This document shows positions 38,690-51,489 of a DNA stretch of 64,000 nt, piece by piece. The stretch is from Lama guanicoe (taxonomy: Eukaryota). Where the stretch lies: contig MU054117.1 in assembly GCA_013239625.1 (NCBI GenBank), positions 932,001 to 996,000 on the forward strand. Reading direction: 5' to 3'. Below the pieces are notes generated by a model. The model had not been told where the DNA came from. It saw nothing but the letters and a program-made list of their open reading frames with translations, and did no database searches. The number at the start of each line of letters is the position of its first letter. Position 1 is the first letter of the stretch. The position numbers and the translations under genes are program-made.

Positions 38690-39504
38690 TCCATACAACA
38701 GTCAGACGACCCACCTGAAGGATAACGTCACAGCAGCCCCACAGGGCTCCCCAGTTCACGCAGTAAAAGCTGGGGCCTCTGAGCAGCCTCCAGGGACCCA
38801 CGCAAATGGCATGTGCAGCTCTCCTTGGGTCCTCTCCACTCTCCCCCGCTTGCTCCAGTCACACCAGCTCCATGCTGGCCCCAGGCTCTCCAGTATCCCC
38901 CCAACACTGGAGCCCTTCGCTCTGACTGTCCCCACTGCCTGCGACATTCTTCCCTCAGACAGGCACCTAGTGAACTCCCTCACTTTCCTCAAGACTTTGC
39001 TCAAACCTCACTTTCTCAGTGAGGTTCACCCTGACCACCATACTTGGTACCGCCGGCCCTCAGGAACTGCGGGTTGTGAAATCGCAGGTGGATCCCCAGT
39101 TGGTTGAATCCGCGGATGCGGAACGGCAGATACAGGGGCCAACAAAGTGACACCATTTTATAAAGGGACTTGAGCATCCAAGGATTTTGGTGTGCGCAGA
39201 GGTCCTGCAACCAACCCCCATGAGCATCGAGGGGCAGCTACTCCTGAACCCGCCCGGCTGCACCCCACCGCCCTCAGCCTCCCTTCCCTTCTTTTGCCCT
39301 GTTATTAACCCCTGCCTAGCGTGCCATGTAGTCTGCTTACTCATTGATTGTACCGTTCATGGCCTGTGTCGCCCATTGAGATGTAAATCCCATGAGGGCA
39401 GGGATGGCTGGCCGTTTTTTGCTCGTCCGTGTACCTCAAGTGTACAGAACAACGTCTGGCAGAGGGTACTCAATAAACAGGAGTGGAGCGAATGGATGAA
39501 TGAA
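38690..39504 (+). mobile_element. L2 3' fragment interrupted by a DNA transposon
   Basis: ttgctcaaacctcactttctcagtgagg...gagatgtaaatcccatgagggcagggat...gtactcaataaacag...gaatggatgaatgaa (typical L2 tail). Confidence 0.75.
39050..39241. mobile_element. MER2/Tigger-family non-autonomous DNA transposon remnant
   Basis: gttggttgaatccgcggatgcggaac and ccattttataaagggacttgagcatccaaggattttgg...ggtcctgcaaccaacccc are MER2-like termini. Confidence 0.7.
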
Positions 39505-39984
39505 CACGCACCTGAGATGGTTTCAGGAGCCCCGCAACTCACTGCATCGAAACGCCTCCGCAGCCCCTGGTTGATGTCTAGAACTCACGGCTCCAGCTCC
39601 ATCGTCTCAGCCAAAACGCAGAAGCCCTGCGAGGGGCATTAAGCCTAAGCGTCATCTTCGTTCTGCTGTGAGCAGTGGTCTAGATGCTGTTGGTTACAGG
39701 AGAAACGTAGCCTCCGCACCGTTTTGGTGTGCTCGCACTCGATTTTCAAGCTGACAGAGAACATCAGGGTGGCGCAAACCCAGATACCTGCTCCGTTTCG
39801 CGTTTGGGCCCACAGGCCTGTGCTCCAGAGCCCTGGGCGCCTGAGCGTCCACACTCACGCTGCACCTGGCCTGGCGCCCCTTCACGCACAGGATGAACAG
39901 CGGCTAACGCCGCTGAGGGGGCCGCGCTGGGGCGGGTGTCTGACCGCGTTGCCTCACGGAATCCTCGTCGCAAGGAGGGGCTGG

Positions 39985-40110
39985 CGTTACTGTTGATTAT
40001 CACCCCCACTTCACAGACGCGGAAACTGATGCTTGGGGATTTAATTTACACGTCCAGACTCATCCACTGGTAAACGGTGGAGCCTGGACTTAGCCCAGGA
40101 GGGTCTGACT
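39985..40110 (-). mobile_element. MIR SINE fragment
   Basis: attatcacccccacttcacagacgcggaaactga...ggtggagcctggacttagcccagg...tctgactcca. Confidence 0.65.
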
Positions 40111-41444
40111 CCACACACACCGTGACCCTGCCCGCGGAGAGGGCGGGCTTGGGGAGGGCCGGAGTAGAGCCGTGTAGGATGGTGAAGCGGTTGCAGAGAG
40201 CGCCTTGGGGAATTCACTGGGCTTCGGATTCCGGAGAGTGGAGTGCACGTGTGCTGGGGGCTCGTGCGGGGTTTACAGGCAGGCTTTTCTAAAGGTAGGC
40301 GCTGTGTAAACCTAGCAAGTAAATATTACCTTCATGCCTCTGTAGTTCCATTTTTCACTTCTCTTTTCAGCTGTGAAATGTGTTCTTTCCCTTCCAGAAA
40401 AAGGTATTTCCTAAATATTTGGTCTTGCAACGTGCACCCATATCTCGGCTTCTGACTTTGGAACTCAGCCCTCGGTGCACCCTTTCCAGGTGGCAGGTTC
40501 TCAGCACGACAAACAGAAACCACCCTGAATTCTGCTCTGGGGATTCGGGAGACGGTGGGGGCCGAGGAGGGAGCCTCTCTGTCTCTTGCCCACCGTGATT
40601 CGACTCTGGTGAAGCTGCCGTCTCCTCTGCCTCCCGTAGCTCCGCCTGTGCCCCCTTCCCGCCCGTGTGACGCCTTTCCTCCCCGCCCCCCCCACTACGT
40701 CCTCAGGGTCTGCAGAGAGAGAACCGTGTTCGTTTTTCTTCCTGCGCAGCGTAATGCTTTGTGTATTGGGACACTCAGTGTATGTTCAGTGCATGATTCA
40801 CTCTGGAAAAGATTCTTTAATGTGACCACAAATATTTCCTTTGGAAGCAATTAAGAGCACACTGAATGCGCTACTTTGGTAAGAGTGAAAAACTTGGGAA
40901 CAATCTATCCAATCAGAGAAAAGATCGGTTAAATAATAACATTAAGAGATCATTACAGTCATTTGCTCCTCACAACAGCCCTATGACACCCCCTCCCCCA
41001 GCTCTTCCTCCTCTGAGTCCTGAGCTAAGTGCACGCCTGGGTCTGAGGTCAAGGGCATGGCCGCCAAGTCAAGGTTAAAGAGGAGAGACAGCAGCAACAC
41101 CACTGGCCCTCGGTCTCGCGTGTCCTCGGGCGCTCCTGGGTCACACCCTGCGCGCTTTGCCTCCGGACGCTGGCCCTGCTGATCCCCGGACAGCAAGGCA
41201 CGGCCTCCGCAGACGAGCCACCCTGTCACAAGGCCAAGGTCAAAGGCCTACCACCGGCCCCGCCCCCAAAGCTCACGGTGAGCTGCTGCCTGGGTGGAAC
41301 CTAAGGACGTGTCCCACCTTCTGCCCGGCCACCTGCTTAGGTGTTTTCCTGAGTCAGTGGTTAGTGCCCGGCACAGAGCACGTATTTGTCGAACTCATGC
41401 TAATGACCATCACTTAATAACATCTGCAGCTAAGAGCCTGGTCT

Positions 41445-41615
41445 TCGGAGACAGGCCAGGCCCAGAAGCAGGCTCTCCCCTCTGCAAGCTGCGGGGGCTC
41501 GGACGCCCGACTTCACTTCCCAAGGCCCAGTTTCCACACAGTGGAGCCAACAGTGGTTCCTCCTTCCGCGGGGTGGTGGTGAGAATTAAATCAGATAAGC
41601 CAGGGGAGGCACGTG
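41445..41615 (+). mobile_element. MIR SINE fragment
   Basis: aagagcctggtcttcggagacagg...cacttcccaaggcccagtttcc...ggtggtggtgagaattaaatcagataa. Confidence 0.6.
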
Positions 41616-42577
41616 GAACACGCATCCGGAACACGCATCCCAGCTATCACCATCCTCATCCCCACAAGAAAGACGAGTTGAGTGGACTCTGCGGGCCCTC
41701 TCCTCACTCCAGCCCTGCCAAAAAGCCCGACCGCCCCCCACCACACTTCACGGGTGTAAAACGCCAGCTAAGAGGTCGGCTTTCTCCCCAAGCTTGCCAG
41801 GTCAGTAGTGACAGAGCTGGGACCTGAGCCCAAGGCTGTGAAAATCTAGAGGCCGGGAGCCGTTCCACGGGCCACCCGAGACATTTCAGCCCCGAAACTG
41901 AAATGGGGAGAGAAAGGCCTCGGAAAACTGCCCCAGCTCACAAGTCAGAGAGCGGAGCTGCGAGGGCGGGCCCTGCCCTGCGCCACTCGGCTCTCTCCTC
42001 AGCACCCGCTTGTCTGGAGCCCCCGGGACACGCGAGATCCCTGCAAGCCCCATCTCCCTCCCAAGGCGAGGCGAGGTGTCTGGGGTAAGGGGACTCCAGC
42101 CTTCATCCTGCCGTCTCCTCAGACTGCAGGGGTGAGCACAGGTGGGGACAGGTCCACCCTGTGATTTCCAGCCACTTGACTGCCGGAGCCAGGAAGCAAG
42201 GCGGTGGCCGGCCTGCCCCTGGCGACAGCCCTGCCCCCAGCGACGGCTCTGCCCCCGGGGCTGCATGAGCCCCAGTTGTGGCTATCTCTGCCTCCCGAGA
42301 CCCCGGTCAGTCCAGGCTGAGTCCCACAGCAGTCGGGCCCCTCATCTGCCCAGCCAGGCCCGGGGCCGCATGGCCGGCAGCCCTTTGCAAAGAAGCCAAC
42401 GGAAGAAAAGAGCCAAACGGTTAAGATGATTTTCTTAACTACTCGCCAAGGCCCTGGGGAAGGCGGTTTTGGTTTTGTAGGGGTGACCTGCTGACCCCAA
42501 AAGGAACCCCTTCAACCCAATACTGCACCCACTTTTGAGGGGCTCAGAGGCCACCAAGAGCAAAGGCTGTTCCTACT

Positions 42578-42973
42578 GTGTTTGTGTCCTGGGTGTCAAA
42601 AATGACCACGCGCTGGGAGGGCTCAGACACCAGACATCTTTTGTCTCTCAGTTTCGGAGGCTAAAGGTTGAAAATCAGGCAGGGTCCCTTCAGGGGTCCC
42701 AGGAGGTCCAGGGTCCATATCCCTCTTCCACCTCCGGGTGGCTGCGGACACCCCTTGGCTTGTGACCACATCCCCCCCACTCTGTCCCTCCAGTCCCGTG
42801 GCCACCGCCTCCTCTCCTGCCCCGTCTCACAGGGACACTTGTCAGGGCTCCTGGATAATGCAAGGTGACATCTTCCTCTCAAGACCCTTCAGGTGACTGA
42901 ATGTGGTCACAGCCCCAGGTGCTGGGGATTAGGGTGGGGACACACATTCTGAGGGGCCACCACTCAGCCACCA
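42578..42973 (-). mobile_element. MLT1C/D-like solo LTR
   Basis: aaatgaccacgcgctgggaggg...tctctcagtttcggaggcta...ccttggcttgtgaccacatc...ggggattagggtggggacac...cactcagccaccat. Confidence 0.7.
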
Positions 42974-43159
42974 TCCCGCCTTAACTCACCACCCGCGTCT
43001 GAATCTCAAGTCCAACCTTCACCGGTTACGGAAACTCAGCGACCTCCCTCCTGCTCTCTCTCCCTGAGTCTTGGCTGCTTTGTTGGTAAACTGGAGATGG
43101 CGGGCATGTGCTAAGACGTCAGTGAGTGGTGAGTAAATCCAGCGGAGGCACCCCTTCCC

Positions 43160-43330
43160 CCCAGGGTTCAGCCTCACGTTCACAACAACTCTGTGGGGTA
43201 AACATCACTCCAGTTCTTAAACTAGAGGAACTGAACACCCGGAGGTTAAGTAACTGGACCACACAGCTCAGCGGCTGGGACTGGACCTGACTTGAGACCC
43301 TGGGGTCCACCCTGCTCCCAGCCTGCCTGA
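43160..43330 (-). mobile_element. MIR SINE fragment
   Basis: tcacaacaactctgtgggg...gaggaactga...gaggttaagtaactggaccacacagct. Confidence 0.6.
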
Positions 43331-44868
43331 CCCCTTCACCTTCTAACTGCTGCAGGCTGGAGAGAAGCTGTGTTCTCAGGTGAACTGGGCGGTGCCCCCT
43401 TGGGTAGGGCCTCCAGAGCGTTCCCCCTCTAACCAGCCTTGCGAATGTCCTGTCCTCTCCTCTTCCCCTTCCGGAGGCATCTGAGTTCACCATGGTCCTG
43501 AGAGTAAAGCCCTTTCTCCGGCCTACAGGAGTCAGATGTCAACGCTCCTGTGCAACCCACAGCCCCCCGGTAGCACAACTCCTGCTCACGCCACCTCCCC
43601 GTCGATCTTTCAGCCGCTTCCCGCCTGTGCTGTCGCCTCTCTGAGCCCCAGTTCTTGTCCCACCTGCCCTCGGGTGAGCGACAGACGATGGCCCAGCCCG
43701 TGTTTACGTTCCGGAAGATTCCTTCCTGGAGGGTCACTGTGCATCTGTCCCTCTTAGGAGTCCACGGCATCAACCTCCCGCCTGCCTTCCTACCATGTCA
43801 GGAATCACGGTCGACAAGGGGCAATGCCTGGTTCCTAAGCTGACGTAGGTCGGGGGACCCCTTGCCTGATATAGTTTAGGGCAAGAGCAACTTAGTAAAC
43901 ACAAAAGGTATTTAGTCCCTAAGATTCCCTTGTAACGATGGGGCTCCGTTCTGATTGTAATTTGAGGGTCTCCTCCGGGGACACCCTTGGGTCGGCCCAC
44001 AGCAGTCCTCTCCTCGTGTGAAATCTGAAGCGTTCTGACACAGGCCACACGGGGAGGACTAATCCCAAACACCTGCGTCCTCAGAAGGGAAACCAGGTGC
44101 CCTCCCCCAAGCACACGTGGTGCTCGAGCTCCTGGTCACACGGCCTTGCGAGCTGCTGGAAGGCCGTCCTCCAAGTCCCGGGGGGGAGGAGTTACCCTCG
44201 TTACCACCGCCCTTGCAGTGAGTTCAGTGCCTCGTAACACATCTGGGTGCCAACTCAGACAAAGCCACCTCCCGGGACGTGCATGGCCCACAGAAAAGAC
44301 GACGCCGGGGTGGTGACCACCACTAACTGGCCAAATGGCTTCCGTTCAACAGCCGAGCGGAGCCTGGTGGAACCAAGAATGTGGTGGTTTGCAAGCATGC
44401 CAGAACACTCCCGACTGTCTTTCCATATGACCCTGCAGAACTAGCTCTGTCCCCAGAGAGGTCTTAGGTCAAGGTCATACTTGAAGACCAGTGTCGTTCT
44501 TTCAAAGAGTTTACCGGCTCTGCCATGCTCCACACTAGGGTCAAATTTTTTGCCCTTCCGTTCAGTCCGACTTCTATGATCGTTGTTTGCAATGATATGA
44601 CCTCATTATTTTACCATTAATCACCAGACCTTGGTGATCATCTTTTTCCAAACTGACGAGTGCTGCTCATAAAGTGAGACCTACAGGAACGTCCACTGCA
44701 GCCCCTCCCGGGGAGCGGTGAGCCAGCTGTCCTGACTGCGGCGGTGGCTTCGTGGGTGTGCACAGCTGTCACAGTTCAGCCAAGTGTACGTCTGAAATAC
44801 GTGCAGTTCACTGTGCAAGAGTCACACCACAACAGAGGCGTTAAAAAATAAAGAAAGAAATTCTCCCT

Positions 44869-45175
44869 GTAAAGGGTTCGTATGATGGAGGTCCTCATGC
44901 CCAGTACCCCCAAACGTGACTGCACTTGCAGACAGGGCGCGTCAAAGACAACAAAAGGAAGTACTAGAGTAGACCCTGACCAGTGTGCCTGGTGCCCTCC
45001 TAAGAAGAGGAAGTCAGGACAGAGACAGTCACAGAGGGACGACCACCTGAGGACACAGAGGGAAGGTCTGCCAGCCAAGGAGAGGGGCCGCAGAGGAAAC
45101 AGCACTGCTGGCACCTTGAATGCGCACGTCTAGCCTCGGGAGTGGTGAAAAAATACATTTCTGTTGTTTGAAAAG
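44869..45175 (+). mobile_element. MLT1B-like LTR fragment
   Basis: gaggtcctcatgcccagtacccccaaacgtgact...tggtgccctcctaagaagagg...ccagccaaggagaggggcc...gctggcaccttga...aaatacatttctgttgttt. Confidence 0.75.
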
Positions 45176-45224
45176 AAGACAAAACAAAACCAAAAAACTT
45201 CTATTGCAATTCAGTTCCAAGAAT

Positions 45225-45568
45225 ATTGTGATTTTTTTCTCCTCTGGGCACATGGGAGCATACGCTTCTCAGCCTGTGCGTGGACACACTGTTGGGCTGG
45301 TTCTGACCAATGACACATGTCGCTTCCAGGTGGAGACAAGGAGAGGCCCTGTGTGATGCTCCTGTCTCTGTCCTGCCACGTCACCTGGAGGGAGCAGCTG
45401 GGAGACAGAGGGACCCGCCGGCCTGGACCCCTGAGTGGCTTCGTGATGCAGAACCTCTCCCCTTGACCCCACCTGGACATGTGGTATGAGCCAGACACAA
45501 ACTTGTAATTGAGCCCCAAGAATCTGGAAGTCATTGGCAACACGCACCATTGCCTGTCCTGACACACA
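45225..45568 (+). mobile_element. Old MLT1 (I/J-like) LTR fragment
   Basis: ggttctgaccaatga...gcctggacccctgagtggcttcgtgatgcaga...ggacatgtggtatgagccagacacaaactt. Confidence 0.5.
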
Positions 45569-48309
45569 GGCTGAACTCCGCGTGTGACCCGCCTGTGACT
45601 GGGGGTTTGCCAAGTTCTGAGGCGTTGAACTGGCTTCCATACCCACCAGCACGGAGTCCGTCAGCGATCCTCATTCACGAGAGAGAAGGCTGTAGCCGTA
45701 AGGATCTTGTCGTGGGGGAATCGCAAGAGCATTTATCATCTATGTAGCACAAGATTGTTTCTATTTGTTCCGGATAAATCAATGACAGTATCCATTTCAA
45801 CTGATTTTACAGATGAAATGCCCCAGAACACATCTCCTTCTTTAAACCTGCTGAGAGGAGAGGTGGATGTACGTCTTTGTTTGTACTGAGTAGCTTACGC
45901 AAACCAGCCTTGTGTGGGTGAATCAAAACCGGTGAACAGCTTCTCACGGGGGCTTGGAATGTGTTCGGAGCAGCTTATGGCGTCTGCAGACTGTCGTACG
46001 AGCAGCCCGTGTGGAGCAGGGGTGGTTTCTAATGGAACCCGTCTCCAGAGCGTCTAGTTCCACACGCACTCGATCTTGACCCGACTGGAGGGTGACCTGG
46101 GGAGAGACTGTCCTCTCTCTTCTGGTCTTTCTCAGCCATCGTTCTCCCACACCTGTCACCCACCCCCACTCCCCATCCTCCCATGGTCCGTTTCCCTGTG
46201 ATGGGAGCCCCTCCAGGGAACCAAGGAGAGAGGCATTTGAAACACTGGCGTCTAGAAAGCCTCCTCCCTTCGGGCCCCACACCCTCCAATCATCCATCTC
46301 TTTAAGAGACGGATTTCTAACACCATTTAAAGTTTATATGAATAATCACTCTGAAAGCTCATAATGCAATTACGTTTTGCTCAGTTGTACATGAACAGTA
46401 TTTGTGATGCTAGTTCAACCAGAAGAAATCTGCAGCACCAAGCTTTGTAGTCGCAGGAACTTTTCTTCTTTCAAATTTCTGTTTGTACGTCTCTTCTGGT
46501 TGCAGTGCAATAATGTGATCAATGGAAGACTTTCAAGCATAAAAATATGTTGTACAAGGTAAAATTTTATGGAGGAAATGGAATGGAAATACGTTTCTGA
46601 GAAGAAAAAGAAATGATGCAAAATCTTTGTTTAAAAAAAAGAGCTTTTATCTATTTCTGAATGGATAATAGAAGGTTTCAGATACCTCGGGGTTTATATT
46701 TCATTGGAAACTTTTTAAAGAGTGATGCAACAATTTTATTTTACTTTAAACTATCAAGAGCTACAAAGCACCAGAAATTGCATCATTTACAACCACTTAA
46801 ACTTATCAGGAAAACTTGGGGATGTCAACTGGGAACGCACAAGGAGGCACATGCTTTTTCAAGGCTCTTGTTGGGGGAACTCAAGCACAGGGGTGCAGAG
46901 GCCCGGGTTCAGCACAGCCCAGGCCCCCGGAGGCCCCAGCTGGCCCGGCCCAGCCTGCGTTTGTGCCGAATGGGGTGGGGGGCTCCTGGCAACAGGCGCA
47001 TGCCCTGTAAGAACGTGTTTGTGCAGCAGATGTTCAGCCTGCTTCCCATGCTCACTGTCTTCCATCCCCAACAGGGTCCTGAACAATTTGCCTCCCTTCT
47101 CAAGGTTTCTACCCTGAGATCCTTGGAGAAGGAAATGCAGTGGCCGGTGGTCCCTTCACTCCGGGGGACGGACGCAGAGGATGCCTCGGGGGTGGCACTG
47201 CAAACACTGCAGAGATTGTGTTTTATTCCACGAGAGACCCGCGCAATTGTCAAGTATGGTTTTAATCGGTTAAGGCCGAACGGAGCCGGTGCTGGGACTT
47301 CACTGCCTGTGATTTGAGATTGAATTTTCTGAGCCTCAGAAGCACTGCTCCCCATCCTGCCCCCAGGTGGGTTCATCTGGCAGATCCGAACCTGCCGTGT
47401 TTTGGTTTACCGTCCAGAAGCCGCAAGGGTAAGGTGTTAGGATGAACTCTGGCTTCCAAGCTTGTGTCTGCCACCCCCAGCTGCGTACGTTCAGCCCTTG
47501 GGGCGTCGGTTCCCTCAGCCATCAACTGGGGAAGCCCCAGGGGAGGGCTCAGGCGCAGGATAAGGCACTGGGAGCAAAGGGTGTGGCGGGGAGAGCAGGC
47601 TCGCCCCCGGGCAGGCGCAGGCTCACAGCACCTTTGACAGCCTGCGGGAGCGCCCGGGAGTCACGCCTGGTCCAGCCTAAGCACCGTTAGCCATAATTCG
47701 AGCCCTTTTCTTCTTCCGTTGTCCCTCTTCGGAAACGGAGAACAGCACCCCGTCTCTACGGGCCTCACATGCGCTCTGTCTCCACGTTACTCAGCCTACG
47801 CCAGACCTCGATAACCAAGTTCCGCCAAATTTCTCACGAAAGGCAACTAAATTTCAACAATTCTATTCAGGTGGATGCTTTCTGCTGGAAAATCTCCCTC
47901 ACAGCCCCGAGAGCAGACCCTGCCAGGGGAGGAGTGGGACTCACTAAGTCACTTCTGTCGAGTCCCTGCATCGAGCTGAGGCCCCGCCAGCAGGGACCCT
48001 TGGCAGCCGGGGCAGAACCCCCTCCCTTTCCCCAGCCTCAGCAAGGTCACCTGTGTGGGGACAGCGTGGGGCTAAAACATTTCCTGTACACAATGACCTC
48101 ATTTGGGGCATCATCAATAGTTTTTTAAATGCCCGAATTACGAATGTTTAAAAAAAAAAAACAGATGGAGTTTTACTGTCCAGCCTCAAAAATCTGCTGG
48201 CTAACTGTCTCACGGCCGAGGCCGTGGGGCGAGCCCCGCTGAGGAGGAAGAAAGGTGAGTGGAGAGGGGACGACTTGAAGGAAAAATCTGGTGCTGTCAT
48301 GCCTTCAAC

Positions 48310-48854
48310 AATGTGGCCGAGCCGCCAGCTGGTGTCTGCCATCCTTCCTCCTGCTCGTGGCACAAGCCCTGCCCTGCATCTCCAGAAGCACCCCGACACA
48401 CACGCATCCGACACCTACAGGGCGTCCCGGGAACCCAAGGCCTGTACCCCCTGCCCTGGCACAGGGATGCTCTCTCCTGCCCATAGGCCCCGGGGTCCAG
48501 AATCACCCCTCATTTCTTCCCTCCCATATCCGGGGTGCCAGCCCCCACCCTTGGCCCCTGTCTGGCCTCCTTGGCATCCTGTACGTCTCAGCTCCAGCCA
48601 CGTCCCGAGGCCACCTGCCCAGGTGGGTGAGGCTCCCCACGCCCACCCAGCCCCCCGAGAGCCCGGTGGTTATCCGCGTCGGAGCACTCGTTACGGTGTT
48701 TATTGTATCCGTGTATCTGTGTAACTGTTTGCCTCCTGTCTCTTCAACTAGACTGAGCATCTCAGGGGCGAGAACCGTGTTCCACTCGCCTCTACATGTC
48801 CTATCCCAGGGGCAGTGTTTGGCTCCCATTGAGAAACATTTGACAGATGGATGA
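48310..48854 (+). mobile_element. L2 3' fragment
   Basis: ctagactgagcatctcaggggcgagaaccgtgt...cccaggggcagtgtttggc...gaaacatttgacagatggatga. Confidence 0.55.
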
Positions 48855-50404
48855 TATTCTGCGATCCCTGAAGGCGGTCAAGGGTTAACCCGAAGGAACA
48901 CATCGCTGACGGCGCAGCTGCACGTGTGCTGCAGGCCGGCGGACGAGAGAGCTGGGGGCCGGGAGACCGGCCCTACATCCCTCGGTCATCTCACCAAAGA
49001 GCGTACAGGAGAGGCTGGACCTGAGCCGGTGCCTTGGCTCCTGGAAGCCCTCCTCTCTGACGGGTTAGCCCGGGAGATGCCTTTACAGGCGGGTCGCTTC
49101 CTTTGCCCTCTCGTCCGTATTCGCTGGGCTGCCTCGCTAAAAAGACCCTCTTCGGGGGGGCTGGGACATTCGTGAAAGTTTGGCTCTTCTTTCTCCCGTA
49201 AGAGGCCAACATGATGTGCGCTCCCTGCATCTGCCTTCTGCAGATTCCGACCTATGAAAGCTGTGTTTACTGACAAAACATTCGTGATCCTTGCACTTGC
49301 CAGTTCCCCGTCCGTAACGCCTGGGTTTATCCATGCCCTCTTCCCAGCATCTGTCTCTCACAAGCTCTTGTTGACAAAATTCACGTTTAGGGACTTCACC
49401 TCTGAAAACACCTGGAACCAGGACAGTCCGGGAGTGGCTATGATGTTGGATCGGATCTCGGGGAAGTAACTGAATGAGAGAAAAATCAGGTCGAGCAACG
49501 AAAAGGGGAAAGTCTATGCAGGTCAGGTCTGTTCCCACAATAACTGGAAAGAAAAAGGCCACTTGAAGATGTATGGCACTTGAAGTTCTCACCCGTCAAG
49601 GCACCATCCGCCTGTTGAGCACGGGCCTGAGTATCTCCAGCCACAGCTCCGGAATCGTGTCTCAGGGGGGCCCTTCTCTGGTGTGTCTCTGGCTTATCAA
49701 AAACCCTCCAAAATCCATTGCTTATTTTTAAATCTGGACTTTGTGTCTTAAGTGGCCAGGAGTTCCGAAATAACACAGATAAGAAAAAAGTCTCTGTGAT
49801 GCGGCGCTGGGAGTTCAGTGTCGGTGACAGTGATGAGGACTGACGGCTGCCGGGCCATCAGGGGCGTCCTTGCAGGAAGGCCAGCCGCCATGGCGTCAGG
49901 TTGGTGCTCACTCGCACAGTGTGAGCGGAGTGCTTGAGGAAGTCCCCCTACCCCCAGCCAGCGACGGTCTCCATCCGAGTGCCACGCTGGCTCAACTCCT
50001 ACCAACAGAAATGTAAGCTTTGGGTGAGGCGGTGAGCCCCTGAGGGCCCTGTTGTAGAGTGTGGGGTCCCTGTGAGAAAGAACTGCCAGCTTCCAAGTCA
50101 CTGAAAGGCAACAGGAATGATTTTCTTCCCATCTCTGTTTCCCTGCCTGTGAAGTGCACAGTCCTTGCTACTGTCTGTCTGTCTGTCTGTCTCGGATATT
50201 TTTCCAGAGGCGGGGGTGGGGGGCACACACAGTACAGGGGATGAGAGTGGAAGGCAGTGGGGGCGAAGGGTGCTTGGATGAGAGGGAAGAGCACCTGCAA
50301 GCAGCGAGTGCTCCCCAAGACAGGCCAGGCCGGCGGCTCCGGTCTGCGCAGAGCCTGCCCCCAGAGTCCCCTGGGGGGACCCGGCTCTCCAGGGGGCGGG
50401 CCCA

Positions 50405-50560
50405 GGGCGCCTCAGTCCTGAATGTGCATTCAGACCGCTTAAGGGTCTTGTTAAGACACAGGCTCTGAATTCGCAGACCTGGGGTGCAGCCTGAGGCCCT
50501 GCATTTCTCCTACAAGCTCCCAGGTGAGGCGGATGCCGCCCGTCCCCAAACTTCAGGAAG
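50405..50560. mobile_element. MER5A-like hAT-Charlie remnant
   Basis: gggtcttgttaagacacagg...ctggggtgcagcctgaggccctgcatttctcctacaagctcccaggtgaggcggatgccgc. Confidence 0.7.
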
Positions 50561-50803
50561 TGGGAGGCTCTGGAGGGCTCGAGAATCTTCCCGAGGGGGC
50601 TCAGCACACCCGGCGGGGCCCGGCCAGAGCCCAGGGCGAGCTTTGCTCCGGACTGGTACCCAGTGAGAGCAGCCCCCGCCCGCCACCTGCGAGAAACAGG
50701 GGCAGCGCCCCTCCCCGGAGACCCCAACGGGGGACCCACTCTGCCCTTTCTCTCCCCTCAGAGGCCCAAGGCAACTGTTTTTGTTGTTTCCTTTTGCTTT
50801 GCT

Positions 50804-50951
50804 TTATTTAATTTAATTTATTTTATTTTTTGGGTGGGGGGGGCAGTAGGTAATTAGGTTGGTTTGTTTGTTTAATGGAGGGACTGGGGATTGAACCCAG
50901 GACCTCGTGCTTGCTAAGCATGAGCTTTACCCCGGAGCTATACCCTCGCCC
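50804..50951 (-). mobile_element. Vic-1-type camelid tRNA-derived SINE
   Basis: Minus strand GGGCGAGGGTATAGCTC...ATGCTTAGCAAGCACGAGGTCCTGGGTTCAATCCCCAGT...AACCTAATTACC + A-rich tail; Pol III A/B boxes. Confidence 0.85.
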
Positions 50952-50968
50952 ATATATATATATATATA
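50952..50968. repeat. (AT)n microsatellite between the SINE and the L1MC tail
   Basis: atatatatatatatata. Confidence 0.9.
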
Positions 50969-50974
50969 TTTTTT

Positions 50975-51405
50975 TTTTTAAGACTTTGCTTTTTGGAACA
51001 GTTTTAGGTTCACAGTAGAATTGAGAGGAAACAGCAGAGATTTCCAATCTACTCCCCCCGCATTGGTGCACAGCCTCCCCCACTGTTAACATCCGTCACC
51101 CGAGTGGTGCATGTTTTAACAAGGATAAACCTATATTGACACATCATAATCACTCGAAGTCCATGGTTTACCTAAGAGCTCATCTCAGGGCTGTGCGTTC
51201 AGTGGGTTTGGGCAAATGTGTAATAACATGTATCCATCATTCCAGTATCAGTATAGTATAGCAGAGTACTTTTACTGCCCTAAAAACCTCTGTTCCATCT
51301 CCCCCTCCACCTTGCCCCCAGTCAACCACTGATCTTTTCACTGTCTCCAGAGTTTTGCCTTTTCCAGAGTGCTATATAATCAGAATCATACAGTGTGCAG
51401 CCTTC
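50975..51405 (-). mobile_element. L1MC-like 3' fragment
   Basis: cagttttaggttcacagtagaattgag...cacagcctcccccactgttaacatc...acctatattgacacatcataatcactc...caaccactgatcttttcactgtctc. Confidence 0.85.
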
Positions 51406-51489
51406 TTAGGACCCTTCAATTTTAACAACTTCAAGAGTGAGTTGAGTCCTTAATATGCTGTAACTCTCAGCTAACTCTGGTATAATAAT

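Noticed and set aside
43440..44130. Possible old LTR element
   Set aside because: It looks vaguely LTR-like, but I cannot match it to a family or find termini; needs a Dfam search
50860..50951. tRNA gene
   Set aside because: The tRNA-like head is followed by a SINE body and A-rich tail and has no intact cloverleaf; it is a Vic-1-type SINE
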